NCBI GenBank assembly: GCA_001777015.1
Contig: MFCV01000044.1
Span: 16,786 to 80,785 of the forward strand
DNA length: 64,000 bases
Direction of reading: 5' to 3'
Source of the DNA: Candidatus Daviesbacteria bacterium RIFCSPHIGHO2_02_FULL_36_13
GTDB lineage: Bacteria; Patescibacteriota; Microgenomatia; Daviesbacterales; UBA10151
Under the pieces are notes generated by a model. The model saw only the letters and a program-made list of their open reading frames with translations, was not told the origin of the DNA and searched no databases. A program made the translations under genes and the position numbers. This document shows positions 22,126-32,064 of the stretch, one piece after another (the stretch's first letter is position 1; each line of letters starts with the position of its first letter).

Positions 22126-24714
22126 ATGAGCAACATCGGTAAAATTCAACTAGCCCCAATCATAGAGGAGATGCAGGATTCATATGTAAATTATGCAATG
22201 TCTGTTATTGTATCCCGAGCCCTTCCAGACGTCCGAGATGGCCTAAAACCTGTTCAAAGAAGAATTATCTTTGCTATGCATGAGCAAGGATTACATCACA
22301 CAAGTAGATATCAAAAATCAGCTGCTGTTGTGGGAGAGGTTTTGAAAAATTTACATCCTCACGGTGATGCCCCTGTTTATGAAGCCATGGTTAGAATGGC
22401 TCAGAATTTTTCCTTAAGATATATGCTCATCGATGGTCAGGGTAACTTTGGATCAATAGATGGAGATTCTCCTGCCGCCATGAGGTATACCGAAGCCAGA
22501 CTCTCTGCTATTGCTGATGAATTGCTTAGGGATATTAATAAAAACACTGTTGATTTTATAGACAACTATTCGGGTACTACCAAAGAACCTGTTTTACTGC
22601 CATCTGTTATTCCAAATCTTTTACTTAATGGTGCTGCTGGTATTGCTGTTGGTATGGCCACCCAAATTCCTCCACACAATTTAGGAGAAGTTTGTGATGC
22701 CTTGATCTATATGATTGAAAATCCGGAGAAGAGTCTAAACGACTCTTCGAATGAGCGCAACTCCTCTTTGAGTAAAACAGACAAAACCTCCGAGGATGCA
22801 GAAGTTAGTGAGGTGTCAACCTCAGATGAAGGTAAATTTAAATCCACTGCCACCACAGAAGACTTATTAGGTTTTATAAAGGGGCCTGATTTTCCAACAG
22901 GGGCATCTATTTATGATCAAACAGAAATAACTGCTGCTTATGCCACAGGCAAAGGCAGAATTGTGATGAGAGCTAAAGCTGAAATTGATGAAACTCAAGC
23001 TGGTAAAATGCAGATTATTGTTTCAGAACTGCCATACCAGGTTAACAAGGCCACTTTGATTGCCAGGATTGCAGATTTGGTAAAGGATAAAAAATTAGAA
23101 GGCATAGCTGACCTTAGGGATGAATCAGATAGAAAACAAATGGTCAGAATTGTATTTGATTTAAAAAGAGATGCCAAACCTCAATCCCTTCTAAATAATT
23201 TATACAAACTTACAGCTATGCAGTCTGTTTTTAATGTTAATTTGGTAGCTTTGGTTGATGGAGTGCCGCATCTTCTAACCTTAAACCGAATTTTGGAAGA
23301 ATTTATTCATCACAGACAAGTAGTTGTCAGGAAAAGATCAGAGTTTGAACTGGCAGAAGCACAAGCCCGCGAGCATATTTTAGAGGGACTTAAAATTGCT
23401 GTTGATAATATTGATGAAGTTATAGAAACAATCAAGAAATCAAAAGACTCTGATGAGGCCAAATTAAACTTGATGAAAAAGTTTAAGTTAACCGAAATCC
23501 AATCTATTGCTATTTTGGATATGCAGCTTAGAAGACTTGCCGCTCTTGAGATTCAAAAAATTGAAGATGAACTTAAAATGGTTAGGGAGACAATTAAATA
23601 CTTGGAAGATTTATTGGCTCATCCTGAAAAAATATTGAAAGTTATCAAAGATGAACTTAGTAAGATTAAAGAAAGATACGCTGACGAGCGAAGAACCAGA
23701 GTTTATAAACAAAAAATAGGAGAATTTTCTGAAGAAGATTTAGTACAAAATGAGGTCACAATTGTAACTATTACTGGAGGCGGCTATATAAAAAGACAAT
23801 CTCCAATGTCTTTTAGAACTCAGGCCAGAGGAGGCAAGGGAGTTATGGGAATTTCAACCAAAGAAACAGATGCTGTCACTCACATTTTCTATACTCAAAC
23901 TCATGACAACTTACTTTTCTTTACAGATAAAGGAAGAGTGTTCCAAATAAAAGTTTGGGAAATTCCAGAAACTCAAAGGGCAGCTAAGGGTCAGGCTTTG
24001 GTTAATTTGATCAATATTGAGCAAGGAGAAAATGTTACAGCAGTACTGACCAGACGAGCTAAAGAAGTCTTTAAATATTTCTTAATGTGTACCAGAAAGG
24101 GCACTGTCAAAAAAACTTCTCTGGATGAATATATAAACATCAGGAAAAATGGCTTGGTTGCTATTAAATTAGATTCCGGAGATGAGCTTGGCTGGGTTAC
24201 TCCCACAACAGGTGAGGATGACATCATGATTATTTCCTACGAAGGTAAATCCATCAGATTTTCTGAAAAACAAGTGAAGGGAACTCACAGAGATACCTCT
24301 GGTGTAAGAGGAATAAAGCTAGGCAAGGATGATGCTGTAGTATCCTGCGCAATCCTTGGAAAAGAAGATGAAGAACTGCTTGTAGTTATGGAAAATGGTT
24401 TAGGTAAAAAGACTAAAACATCTGCTTGGAACAAACAGGGCAGGGGAGGACAGGGAGTAAAAGCTGCACAAGTAACAGCAAAAACTGGAAAAATAGTGAC
24501 AGCCCAAATTGTTGATAAAAAAATGGATATTCTGGTGCTAACCTCAGATAAAGGTCAGCTTATAAAGATGGATTTGAAAGAAGTTCCTACCTTACAAAGA
24601 CAAACTCAGGGTGTTATTCTAATGAGAGTTAGACCCGGAGAAAAGGTGGCAGCAGCCACTGTAGTCTCAAGTAAAGATAAAACAGAGGATGCCAAACAAA
24701 TCCAATCCCAATGA
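22126..24714 (+). CDS. gyrA: DNA gyrase subunit A with a ~45-aa Ser/Glu/Thr-rich insertion
   Basis: [10 protein letters not shown] near the N-terminus, the active-site Tyr region [10 protein letters not shown], and C-terminal beta-pinwheel repeats. The low-complexity insert [31 protein letters not shown] lies before PDFPTGA. Confidence 0.95.
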   Translation: MSNIGKIQLAPIIEEMQDSYVNYAMSVIVSRALPDVRDGLKPVQRRIIFAMHEQGLHHTSRYQKSAAVVGEVLKNLHPHGDAPVYEAMVRMAQNFSLRYMLIDGQGNFGSIDGDSPAAMRYTEARLSAIADELLRDINKNTVDFIDNYSGTTKEPVLLPSVIPNLLLNGAAGIAVGMATQIPPHNLGEVCDALIYMIENPEKSLNDSSNERNSSLSKTDKTSEDAEVSEVSTSDEGKFKSTATTEDLLGFIKGPDFPTGASIYDQTEITAAYATGKGRIVMRAKAEIDETQAGKMQIIVSELPYQVNKATLIARIADLVKDKKLEGIADLRDESDRKQMVRIVFDLKRDAKPQSLLNNLYKLTAMQSVFNVNLVALVDGVPHLLTLNRILEEFIHHRQVVVRKRSEFELAEAQAREHILEGLKIAVDNIDEVIETIKKSKDSDEAKLNLMKKFKLTEIQSIAILDMQLRRLAALEIQKIEDELKMVRETIKYLEDLLAHPEKILKVIKDELSKIKERYADERRTRVYKQKIGEFSEEDLVQNEVTIVTITGGGYIKRQSPMSFRTQARGGKGVMGISTKETDAVTHIFYTQTHDNLLFFTDKGRVFQIKVWEIPETQRAAKGQALVNLINIEQGENVTAVLTRRAKEVFKYFLMCTRKGTVKKTSLDEYINIRKNGLVAIKLDSGDELGWVTPTTGEDDIMIISYEGKSIRFSEKQVKGTHRDTSGVRGIKLGKDDAVVSCAILGKEDEELLVVMENGLGKKTKTSAWNKQGRGGQGVKAAQVTAKTGKIVTAQIVDKKMDILVLTSDKGQLIKMDLKEVPTLQRQTQGVILMRVRPGEKVAAATVVSSKDKTEDAKQIQSQ

Positions 24715-24920
24715 AAAAATCTTCATTGCTCTCTAACATTGGAATAGGCTATTTTATGATAGGGTTTATAATTGCCATCCTCTTTGCCTTTTATTACAGA
24801 TGGCCAATTTATTCATTTTTATCACCTGGGTTTTATTCTGTAATTTTTACCTGGCCCTATCAAATGATTGGATTTATCTCAGATCTCTTACTTTACGGCC
24901 TAGCCGGCAAACCTATTTAA
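24711..24920 (+). CDS. Small hydrophobic protein (2 TM), hypothetical
   Basis: ORF overlapping the gyrA stop by 4 bp. Confidence 0.3.
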   Translation: MKKSSLLSNIGIGYFMIGFIIAILFAFYYRWPIYSFLSPGFYSVIFTWPYQMIGFISDLLLYGLAGKPI

Positions 24921-24935
24921 CGATTACCCTATAGT

Positions 24936-24964
24936 TTGATTTTGTGCTTAATTTCTGTTAGAAT
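24936..24964 (+). promoter_or_regulatory. Sigma70-like promoter TTGATT-N17-TAGAAT with the ATG at +7 (leaderless)
   Basis: Paralogous to the element at 12146-12181, with a conserved spacer. Confidence 0.45.
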
Positions 24965-24970
24965 ACGCTA

Positions 24971-25423
24971 ATGGAACAACAACCAAAAATCTCTATTCTA
25001 TATGATGGAGCTTATTCCAGTCAGCTAAATTGGAGAACAGATAGGCTTGCTGAATTTGCTAATAAATCAGATTTAAGAACCAACGTTTATATTGTTACCG
25101 GAGACGAGATAGATCGCCCTCAAGTTAATATTTTAGGGGATACTCTTGCTTGGAGTAATATCCTTTCTGCTGCAAATCCTTTTGTTAAACCCTCTGGGTT
25201 GGGCAGACCTTCAAATGTAGTTCATGGCTACTCAGATGACAAAATGGATGCAACCATAGTAGTTAATCATCAAGTACTTTTGGAAAGAACTAAAACACAA
25301 AATGATGGGCGAGTGGATGCTCAAATCTATACCAGACTTATAAATAACGAGGTAGGAGCTGGACTTAGAAGAATTCTTTTAGCTGAAAAATTTGATCTTT
25401 TAAATACACTGGAGGTATTTTAG
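24971..25423 (+). CDS. Hypothetical protein
   Basis: 150 aa ORF; no motif recognised. Confidence 0.4.
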   Translation: MEQQPKISILYDGAYSSQLNWRTDRLAEFANKSDLRTNVYIVTGDEIDRPQVNILGDTLAWSNILSAANPFVKPSGLGRPSNVVHGYSDDKMDATIVVNHQVLLERTKTQNDGRVDAQIYTRLINNEVGAGLRRILLAEKFDLLNTLEVF

Positions 25424-25488
25424 GATTAGATATAGCATTTGTTACCCTTTCTAGACCAGCAGCTCAGCTTCAGACAGAGCTTGTTCAA

Positions 25489-25764
25489 ATGATTAATCCG
25501 GGTTCAGCAGAAGGCCCTCTTGTGCTGGCAGCATATAATTTTATGTATTGGACATCCAGGTTAGGGGAGATAACCCTACCTTTAATTTGCGCATACGGTG
25601 GATTTAACAGATATCGAGAATTTAATAGTGCTATTCAAAAAGATCCAAGTCAATATGTAGCCAGCCTCGAAGATATGAACCCAATTAAATATCCAGCAAA
25701 TGCTCTAAACGGTTTGCTCTATTTAAGAGGAGCCGGCAAACAACTGATTGAAATTGCAAGCTAA
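25489..25764 (+). CDS. Hypothetical protein
   Basis: 91 aa ORF. Confidence 0.3.
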   Translation: MINPGSAEGPLVLAAYNFMYWTSRLGEITLPLICAYGGFNRYREFNSAIQKDPSQYVASLEDMNPIKYPANALNGLLYLRGAGKQLIEIAS

Positions 25765-25812
25765 CTACTTTCCACCTAAAATCTTTTAGAAAAATATTAA
25801 TACTTGCTTTAC

Positions 25813-25834
25813 TATGATACTCTAGTCTATCATA
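25813..25834. promoter_or_regulatory. Palindromic operator-like motif TATGATACTCTAGTCTATCATA immediately upstream of the TrpR-like gene
   Basis: The arms TATGATAC / GTATCATA flank a CTAG core. A second copy is at 26317-26338. Confidence 0.4.
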
Positions 25835-25840
25835 CTATTG

Positions 25841-26311
25841 ATGCCAAGGTTTTCTGTTTATACTGACCCCAAAAAACTTTCTATATTTATCCATAGATTT
25901 TGGGATGTTATAACTCTACTAGAAGAAAGGGTCGAGGTAATTGCCTTCTTCACTGATCTTTTAACTCCTACAGAAGTAAGAATGCTTGCTAAAAGATTAC
26001 AAATTGCTGACATGTTAGCCAAAGGATATAAGTATGAAGACATTAAAAATTATACAAGAGTCACAGTTCAAACTATTTCCCATGTTAATAATAAACTTCA
26101 GTTTGGAGAAAATGGCTTAATTAAGATTTTACAAAAATTAGGAAAAATTGATAAAGCAAGACAAGATAAGATTGAGGGGAAAAGGAGTATTTTTTCTCAG
26201 CCTCCAGGCTTAGGAAGAATGGCAGGAGACTTAGTTACCCTTGGAGCAAGAGGGGTTGAAAAGGTTATCAGAAATCAAAAGAAAATAAGAAGTGTCAAAG
26301 GAGTAAAATAG
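25841..26311 (+). CDS. TrpR/YerC-like helix-turn-helix regulator
   Basis: LTPTEVRMLAKRLQIADMLAKGYKYEDIKNYTRVTVQTISHV resembles the Trp repressor/YerC HTH. The gene is bracketed by 22-bp CTAG-containing inverted-repeat motifs. Confidence 0.5.
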   Translation: MPRFSVYTDPKKLSIFIHRFWDVITLLEERVEVIAFFTDLLTPTEVRMLAKRLQIADMLAKGYKYEDIKNYTRVTVQTISHVNNKLQFGENGLIKILQKLGKIDKARQDKIEGKRSIFSQPPGLGRMAGDLVTLGARGVEKVIRNQKKIRSVKGVK

Positions 26312-26316
26312 TTAGT

Positions 26317-26338
26317 TATGATACTCTAGTGTATCATA
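26317..26338. promoter_or_regulatory. Second copy of the palindromic motif (TATGATACTCTAGTGTATCATA) just downstream of the TrpR-like gene
   Basis: 21 of 22 nt identical to the upstream copy. Confidence 0.4.
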
Positions 26339-26384
26339 GTTTATTGTAACTTTTTGGAAACTCTTAGCAGTTTTAGACTTAGAC

Positions 26385-28691
26385 TTATATTTTAAACAAT
26401 TTCTGTAGAGTTGGGACTGTCAGTATTAAAAGTTGGGTAATAAGAACAAATATAACAGCCCAAAGAAGTTTTTTATTGGAGGTAATAGAGTGATGCCTTC
26501 TCATTATAAAAGGGAGAAACATTTGCAGAAAAACCAATAAGCTAAAAGTTGCAGCTCTGGCAATGTCTACCCCAAAATATATATTTACAAAATAAAAGGT
26601 TAGCGTACAAACAATTCCTATACTTAATCCACCCAAAAGTATAAATTTAATAACAGGTCCATTTAAAAGATTCGAACTAGCCCTTGGGGGCTCTTTCATA
26701 ATATTTTCTGAGGGGCTATCAAAACCTAGGGCCAAAGCAGGCAATCCATCTGTCACAAAATTAATCCAAAGAATTTGAGTGGCAAGAAGGGGAGTAGGCA
26801 GCCCAAATACAACAGCCAAAGCAATTAAGATAACCTCTGATAAGTTTCCTGCCAGCAAAAACTTTACTACTTTTAGAATGTTATTATAAATTAATCTTCC
26901 TTGCTGTACTGCAGTTACAAGAGTTGCAAAATTATCATCAAGCAAAATAATATCAGAGGCTTCCTTAGCAACATCACTGCCAATTTTGCCCATAGAAACT
27001 CCAACTTCTGCCTGTTTTAAAGCAAGGGAATCATTAACCCCATCTCCTGTAACAGCAACTACCTCACCAAGTTTTTGATAAGTTTTAACAATCTTTAATT
27101 TTAATTCAGGAGTAATTCTGGCAAAAATTCTGACCTTACTAATTCTTTGTTCAAACTGCTCATCACTTAGATCAAGAATTTGAGCCCCTGTTAAAACTTC
27201 ATCTCCCATCTTTAGCAGTCCGATTTCTTCACCAATGGCTTTGGCAGTCAGCTCATTATCTCCTGTTACCATCACCACTCTTATGCCAGCCTGATTAGTC
27301 AATTTTATTGCCTCAGCCACCTCAGGCCGTACCTCATCAGCGATTCCAATAAGTCCTAAGAATTTACGATCTTTAGAAAACCCTAAAACCCGCAGTCCTT
27401 TTTTGGCAAGTTTTTGATACTCTGCATCCCATTTTTTTCTGTCTTCTTCAGAAAGATTAGATTCTAAAATCACAACTTCAGGAGCACCTTTGGTATATTC
27501 AACTTTCCCAGAATTTTCCCAAAAAACAGTCATCTTTCTGGTTTTTAAAGAAAAGGGGATTTCTTCAACCAATTTTCCCTCACTCCTCATCAAATCTATA
27601 TCTATTCCTTTATCCTTACCCCAAAGAAGCAAAGCCCCCTCGGTTGTATCACCCAAAATATCAAAGGATCCACCATCTTCCTTAACCACTAAATTGGCAC
27701 TGTTGCAAAGAACGGCACATTTAAGCAGTTCGTTTTCCAAATGGTCCACTACCTTAACTTCTTTAACCCTCATCTCATTTTTAGTTAAAGTACCTGTTTT
27801 ATCTGTGCAAATAATTGTGGCCGCTCCCAAACTCTCAACAGCAATCATCTTCCGTACTAGTGCTTTTTTCTGATACATTTTTCTAACCCCCAATGCCAAA
27901 ATTATGGTCACCACAGCTGGCAAACCCTCCGGTACAATAGCCACCATTAAGGCAATCGATGTTATAATCATTTCAGAAACCTCAAAGCCCTGTTGTATCC
28001 TTAAAACAAAAATAACTCCTGCAATTGCTACAGCCCCCAAACCTATGCCGCGGCTCAAAGTAGAAAGAGCTTTTTCAAGAGGAGTTTGATCATCCTCAAT
28101 TTCTGTTAGGTTTTGAGCTATTGAGCCAAATTTAGTTTTAATGCCTGTTTGTAAAACTTTATAGGTAACTCTTCCAGAAACAATAGTTGTCCCAAAAAAT
28201 AAAAGGTTTTCATTTTCTTTTTCGCCTTTTACAACAGGAAGAGATTCACCGGTTAAAATTGATTCATTAACCTGCAGGGCATAACTTTTAAGAATTTGTC
28301 CATCTGCAGGGACTTTATCTCCTGATTCTAAAACAACAACGTCGCCGGGTACAATTTCAGATGAGGGAAGTTCTACCTCTTTTCCATCCCGCATAACTCT
28401 TGAGAAATTAACTTCAAAACTTTTTAGAGCCTCTAATTCTTTGGAAGCTTTAAATTCCTGCCAAAATCCTAGAGCAGTATTTAAAACCAAAATCAAACTA
28501 ATTAATCCTGCATCTACGTTATCTCCAATCGCAGCTGAGATAACTACAGCTCCTATAAGAAGAACTGATAGGGGATTTTTAATTTGCCGTAAAAGAAGTC
28601 CAAAAAAAGAAGGTCCGCCTTTTTTAGGAAGCTGATTTAGACCAAATGTTGAAACGGCCTCTTTGGCCTCTGTTGTTGTTAATCCAATCAT
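26385..28691 (-). CDS. P-type cation-transporting ATPase (type II-like, Ca2+/Mg2+ family)
   Basis: Phosphorylation motif ICTDKTGTLT, TGDN, hinge GDGVNDSLALKQA, and about 8-10 TM helices. Confidence 0.9.
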   Translation of the reverse strand: MIGLTTTEAKEAVSTFGLNQLPKKGGPSFFGLLLRQIKNPLSVLLIGAVVISAAIGDNVDAGLISLILVLNTALGFWQEFKASKELEALKSFEVNFSRVMRDGKEVELPSSEIVPGDVVVLESGDKVPADGQILKSYALQVNESILTGESLPVVKGEKENENLLFFGTTIVSGRVTYKVLQTGIKTKFGSIAQNLTEIEDDQTPLEKALSTLSRGIGLGAVAIAGVIFVLRIQQGFEVSEMIITSIALMVAIVPEGLPAVVTIILALGVRKMYQKKALVRKMIAVESLGAATIICTDKTGTLTKNEMRVKEVKVVDHLENELLKCAVLCNSANLVVKEDGGSFDILGDTTEGALLLWGKDKGIDIDLMRSEGKLVEEIPFSLKTRKMTVFWENSGKVEYTKGAPEVVILESNLSEEDRKKWDAEYQKLAKKGLRVLGFSKDRKFLGLIGIADEVRPEVAEAIKLTNQAGIRVVMVTGDNELTAKAIGEEIGLLKMGDEVLTGAQILDLSDEQFEQRISKVRIFARITPELKLKIVKTYQKLGEVVAVTGDGVNDSLALKQAEVGVSMGKIGSDVAKEASDIILLDDNFATLVTAVQQGRLIYNNILKVVKFLLAGNLSEVILIALAVVFGLPTPLLATQILWINFVTDGLPALALGFDSPSENIMKEPPRASSNLLNGPVIKFILLGGLSIGIVCTLTFYFVNIYFGVDIARAATFSLLVFLQMFLPFIMRRHHSITSNKKLLWAVIFVLITQLLILTVPTLQKLFKI

Positions 28692-29263
28692 GTTAATAAA
28701 TTAATTGGTGTAACTATCAAAAGAATACCTGCGGTATTTAAAACATAAGAAATTAGGGCAATTTGTTTATAACTTAATTTAGAAGCTCCAAGCATCATAA
28801 GACCTAATTCATCAGGCAGGGGAGAGGCTACAATGATGGCTCCCAAAAGCGGGGTAATAAAATCTAATTTAAGTTTTCTTAAAATTTTATTAACTATATC
28901 AATATGAAGCTGATGAGTTGCTAAATTTATGTCCTTTGATAATTCTTTTCTAAATATTTTTATTATTATAAGATCACCTGCTACTGATCCAGCTCCTGCC
29001 AAAAGGGCTAATGTTATTGGATTACTGTCAGTTGCTAAAACTATTAGCATAGCTACAGCAATAGGGGAGGTAATAAATGATGTATAAAAAAGCCCTGCCA
29101 CAAATTCAGCTAAAAATCTAACAGGCAAAAGGCTATGTACTAAAGTATCCAAAGTACCGCTTTTTATTAGGTACCAGGCAAAAGATAAGCTTAGGATAAA
29201 AATAAAGGTTTTCAAAACCAGTTTTTTTAGCTTTTTACCATCTGGCAAGCTTTGCTTATCCAT
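28688..29263 (-). CDS. Hypothetical polytopic membrane protein (co-transcribed with the P-type ATPase)
   Basis: 191 aa with 5-6 hydrophobic helices; stop overlaps the ATPase start. Confidence 0.4.
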   Translation of the reverse strand: MDKQSLPDGKKLKKLVLKTFIFILSLSFAWYLIKSGTLDTLVHSLLPVRFLAEFVAGLFYTSFITSPIAVAMLIVLATDSNPITLALLAGAGSVAGDLIIIKIFRKELSKDINLATHQLHIDIVNKILRKLKLDFITPLLGAIIVASPLPDELGLMMLGASKLSYKQIALISYVLNTAGILLIVTPINLLT

Positions 29264-29345
29264 ATATTTAGTTTACCAGATTGACAACTAAATTCATTTA
29301 TCCCAATAATGGATATATACAAGCGAAAGGAGGTGATTAAATATC

Positions 29346-29702
29346 ATGCAAATTTTAGTAGCTTTAGTTTTAAACGCATTGGCACTTATTGTAACTTCTA
29401 AAATTGTTCCAGGATTTGAAGTATCTGACTTTACCCAGGCAGTTTTAGCAGCAGTTGTTTTGGGTGTGGTTAACACATTCATAAAACCAATCTTAAGCTT
29501 TATAACAGCTCCACTTTCTATTGTAACTTTGGGGCTTTTTGCTTTTGTTGTAAACGCTGTGGTCTTATTTATAGTTTCAGCAGTGGTACCTGGGTTCCAG
29601 GTTAATGGCTGGACACCGGCAATTTTAGGTGCAGTTGTTTTGTCTGTTGTAGCAACAGTCCTATCAGCAGTCTTAAAAGATGTTGGTGGAAAGTTAAAGT
29701 AA
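29346..29702 (+). CDS. Small 4-TM membrane protein, putative holin-family-4 (PF04020)-like
   Basis: Two VPGFxV segments and four hydrophobic helices. A strong SD AAGGAGGTGA lies 8 nt upstream. The PF04020 assignment is from memory. Confidence 0.45.
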   Translation: MQILVALVLNALALIVTSKIVPGFEVSDFTQAVLAAVVLGVVNTFIKPILSFITAPLSIVTLGLFAFVVNAVVLFIVSAVVPGFQVNGWTPAILGAVVLSVVATVLSAVLKDVGGKLK

Positions 29703-29709
29703 CGAGGAT

Positions 29710-30630
29710 TTAATCCTTGTTGCCGCTATGAAATGCCTTGTGAACATCTTTTAGATGAGTATTGGTAACGTGGGTATAGATTTGAGTGGTTGAGATGTTT
29801 GAATGTCCAAGCATTTCCTGTACTGAGCGAATGTCTGCTCCATTCATCAGTAAATCTGTAGCAAAAGAGTGTCTTAGCGTATGAGGGGTTGCCTTAACCG
29901 GCAACCCCAAATTTTTGACATATTTTTCAACAATTCTTTCAATAGACCGGGTCGAAAGCCTCATAGCCTCACCATTGTTACTAGGATCAACTTTGCCCTG
30001 AAACCTTATAAAAAGAGGTTTAAAGCTATCTTTTCTGACGTCTAAAGATTTTTGAAGCCAATCTGCCGCACTGTCAGATATAAATACCACTCTCATCTTT
30101 CCGCCTTTTCCGATAATCCCAAACTCACGCCTGGTTAAATTAATGGTATTTGTATTTAAGGAAGCAAGCTCAGAAACCCTAAGCCCTGTTGAAAAAAGGG
30201 TTTCCAATATACTTCTATCTCTGATCCCATCCTTTTTAGTAGTATCCGGAGCCTCAAGCAGAGACTTTAATTGATCATCGCCCAAAACCTTAAGAGGTCT
30301 TGGATCAGAATCACCCAGCTCAACTTTTTCAGGGGAGAGGGTGTCAACATCAATTCTAGCCAAATACCGGAGGAATGCCCTTAAGGCTATCATAAAATAA
30401 TTTTGAGTGATTCTTTTTAAGCCCTTTTTTGTTTTGGGATCAGTAAACCTGGAAAGATAAAGCCTATATTTTCTAATCATGTTTAAATCAATTGCTTTTG
30501 CCTCAATATCACCTGCAAAGGTAAGGAATCTTTTTAAATAATGATCGTAATTTTTAATAGTCAACTGTGAGCAATTACGCTCAAGCTCCAGATATTCCAG
30601 AAAGTCTGTAATAAATGCTGAAAGAGTCAT
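29710..30630 (-). CDS. Tyrosine site-specific recombinase XerC/XerD family
   Basis: C-terminal catalytic region HTLRHSFATDLLMNGADIRSVQEMLGHSNISTTQIYTHV (R...HxxR...Y). Confidence 0.85.
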   Translation of the reverse strand: MTLSAFITDFLEYLELERNCSQLTIKNYDHYLKRFLTFAGDIEAKAIDLNMIRKYRLYLSRFTDPKTKKGLKRITQNYFMIALRAFLRYLARIDVDTLSPEKVELGDSDPRPLKVLGDDQLKSLLEAPDTTKKDGIRDRSILETLFSTGLRVSELASLNTNTINLTRREFGIIGKGGKMRVVFISDSAADWLQKSLDVRKDSFKPLFIRFQGKVDPSNNGEAMRLSTRSIERIVEKYVKNLGLPVKATPHTLRHSFATDLLMNGADIRSVQEMLGHSNISTTQIYTHVTNTHLKDVHKAFHSGNKD

Positions 30631-30697
30631 AGTTTAATGGTATGTTCTCGACTACGCTCGAACAATAAATTTTCTTCGACCGAAGTGGAGAAGTACT

Positions 30698-31411
30698 TTA
30701 CAAAAGTGCTAGTCCCAATATCCCAAGTATTGTTAAGATTGATCCAATAATTGCCAAAGTAAATGTAAGTTCTGTTGCTCCTGTATCTTCTCCCTTTCCA
30801 ACAATATCATCAATGGTTGGAGCAGTTACTGCTCCTGAAGCAGTTGATGTGTTTACACCCGGCTTTGGAGTAGTGGATGTAGTAGCTGCAGCACAAGTTG
30901 TACCTGAACCAATTGTATAATTACCATTCACAACAGAGCTTAAGACATCAGCAACCGTACCTCTTTCTACAACATTAGAATCAGTAGTATTAGTTTTATC
31001 ATTCGCATTAAAATCAAACTTCATTTGAGATACACCCGGTCCTGCATTTTCTTTAACAGTAAAATTAACTGTAGCCAAAGTACCCTTACCGGTAAAAGGA
31101 GAGGAAACAGAAGCCAACCCGGAAACTGTTAATTTTCCTGTAGTATCATCTATATTATTTCCAGGGTAATCAGGATATATTGAACCTGAAGAAATAGAAG
31201 TGGCTGAAAATTTGCTTTGGTCATAGGTCACAATGGCATCTGTTCCATCAGTTTGAGCACTGCCCGTATCAAGCACAATCTGTAAAGAAAAATTACATCC
31301 CTTATTAAAAGTACCTGAGGCAGGGGACAGAGAAAGGGAAGCAGCTAAGACAGCAGCTGGGCTAACTAACAACCAATAACTAACAACCAATAACTGAATT
31401 ATTCTTTTCAT
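30698..31411 (-). CDS. Secreted surface protein with a signal peptide and a C-terminal hydrophobic anchor (cohesin/Ig-like beta domain?)
   Basis: N-terminal signal MKRIIQLLVVSYWLLVSPAAVLA and a C-terminal ILTILGILGLALL helix. The signal-peptide region carries a 14-bp tandem duplication. Confidence 0.5.
   Translation of the reverse strand: MKRIIQLLVVSYWLLVSPAAVLAASLSLSPASGTFNKGCNFSLQIVLDTGSAQTDGTDAIVTYDQSKFSATSISSGSIYPDYPGNNIDDTTGKLTVSGLASVSSPFTGKGTLATVNFTVKENAGPGVSQMKFDFNANDKTNTTDSNVVERGTVADVLSSVVNGNYTIGSGTTCAAATTSTTPKPGVNTSTASGAVTAPTIDDIVGKGEDTGATELTFTLAIIGSILTILGILGLALL
31366..31393. repeat. 14-bp tandem duplication (CTAACAACCAATAA x2) within the signal-peptide codons of the 30698-31411 surface protein gene
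   Basis: Read directly from the sequence. The unit length is not a multiple of 3. Confidence 0.85.
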
Positions 31412-32064
31412 GGTGTTATTTCAATATTTACATCTTTAGTTTTCTTAAGAATATCAACCCCTTCAGATGACACAAGATTTGAATCCCTGCTGTCACCCTC
31501 CTTATATTCTATGGTAACACTTTCTACTCCTACTGCTTTGGCAGTGAATGATATAGTTGCCATATTGGAATCTCCCTTAAAATTTTGTCCCTCAGCTACA
31601 CCTGAAATCCGAATTATTCCCTCCTTTGAATCTACTTCTACTAAAGGATAGGCTGAAAAAGCCAAACCTGTTTGAATATCAGTGTTAGTCAATGATAATA
31701 ATTTAGGATTGTATTTTAATATGACATCTCCTCCCAAAACTTCATGTCCGCCTGTTGAAATATTTACAGAAACTGTAACTTTTTGCCCTATTTTTATAGA
31801 AGTTGAGGAGGCTGAAAGACTAATAGATCCATCTGTCAAGGACTCCCCAACAATTGCCTGTTCTGGAGTAACCTGGGTAGGGGAGGAGTCTTTCATCAGT
31901 GTACTTATTCCAAAAACTATCTCAATTAAAATGATTGCTCCCAATACTCCAAATATTACTTTAGGATTTAAATATTTAGTAATATTAGGATTACTTTTTT
32001 GTTCTACTCTTTCTGTAACAATTGTCTTTAAATTTGGATCCATAATTTCATAGTAACATATCAA
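31408..32064 (-). CDS. Hypothetical N-terminally anchored exported protein
   Basis: One N-terminal TM (VIFGVLGAIILIEIVFGI) followed by a beta-rich Ser/Thr-rich domain. Confidence 0.45.
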   Translation of the reverse strand: MICYYEIMDPNLKTIVTERVEQKSNPNITKYLNPKVIFGVLGAIILIEIVFGISTLMKDSSPTQVTPEQAIVGESLTDGSISLSASSTSIKIGQKVTVSVNISTGGHEVLGGDVILKYNPKLLSLTNTDIQTGLAFSAYPLVEVDSKEGIIRISGVAEGQNFKGDSNMATISFTAKAVGVESVTIEYKEGDSRDSNLVSSEGVDILKKTKDVNIEITP

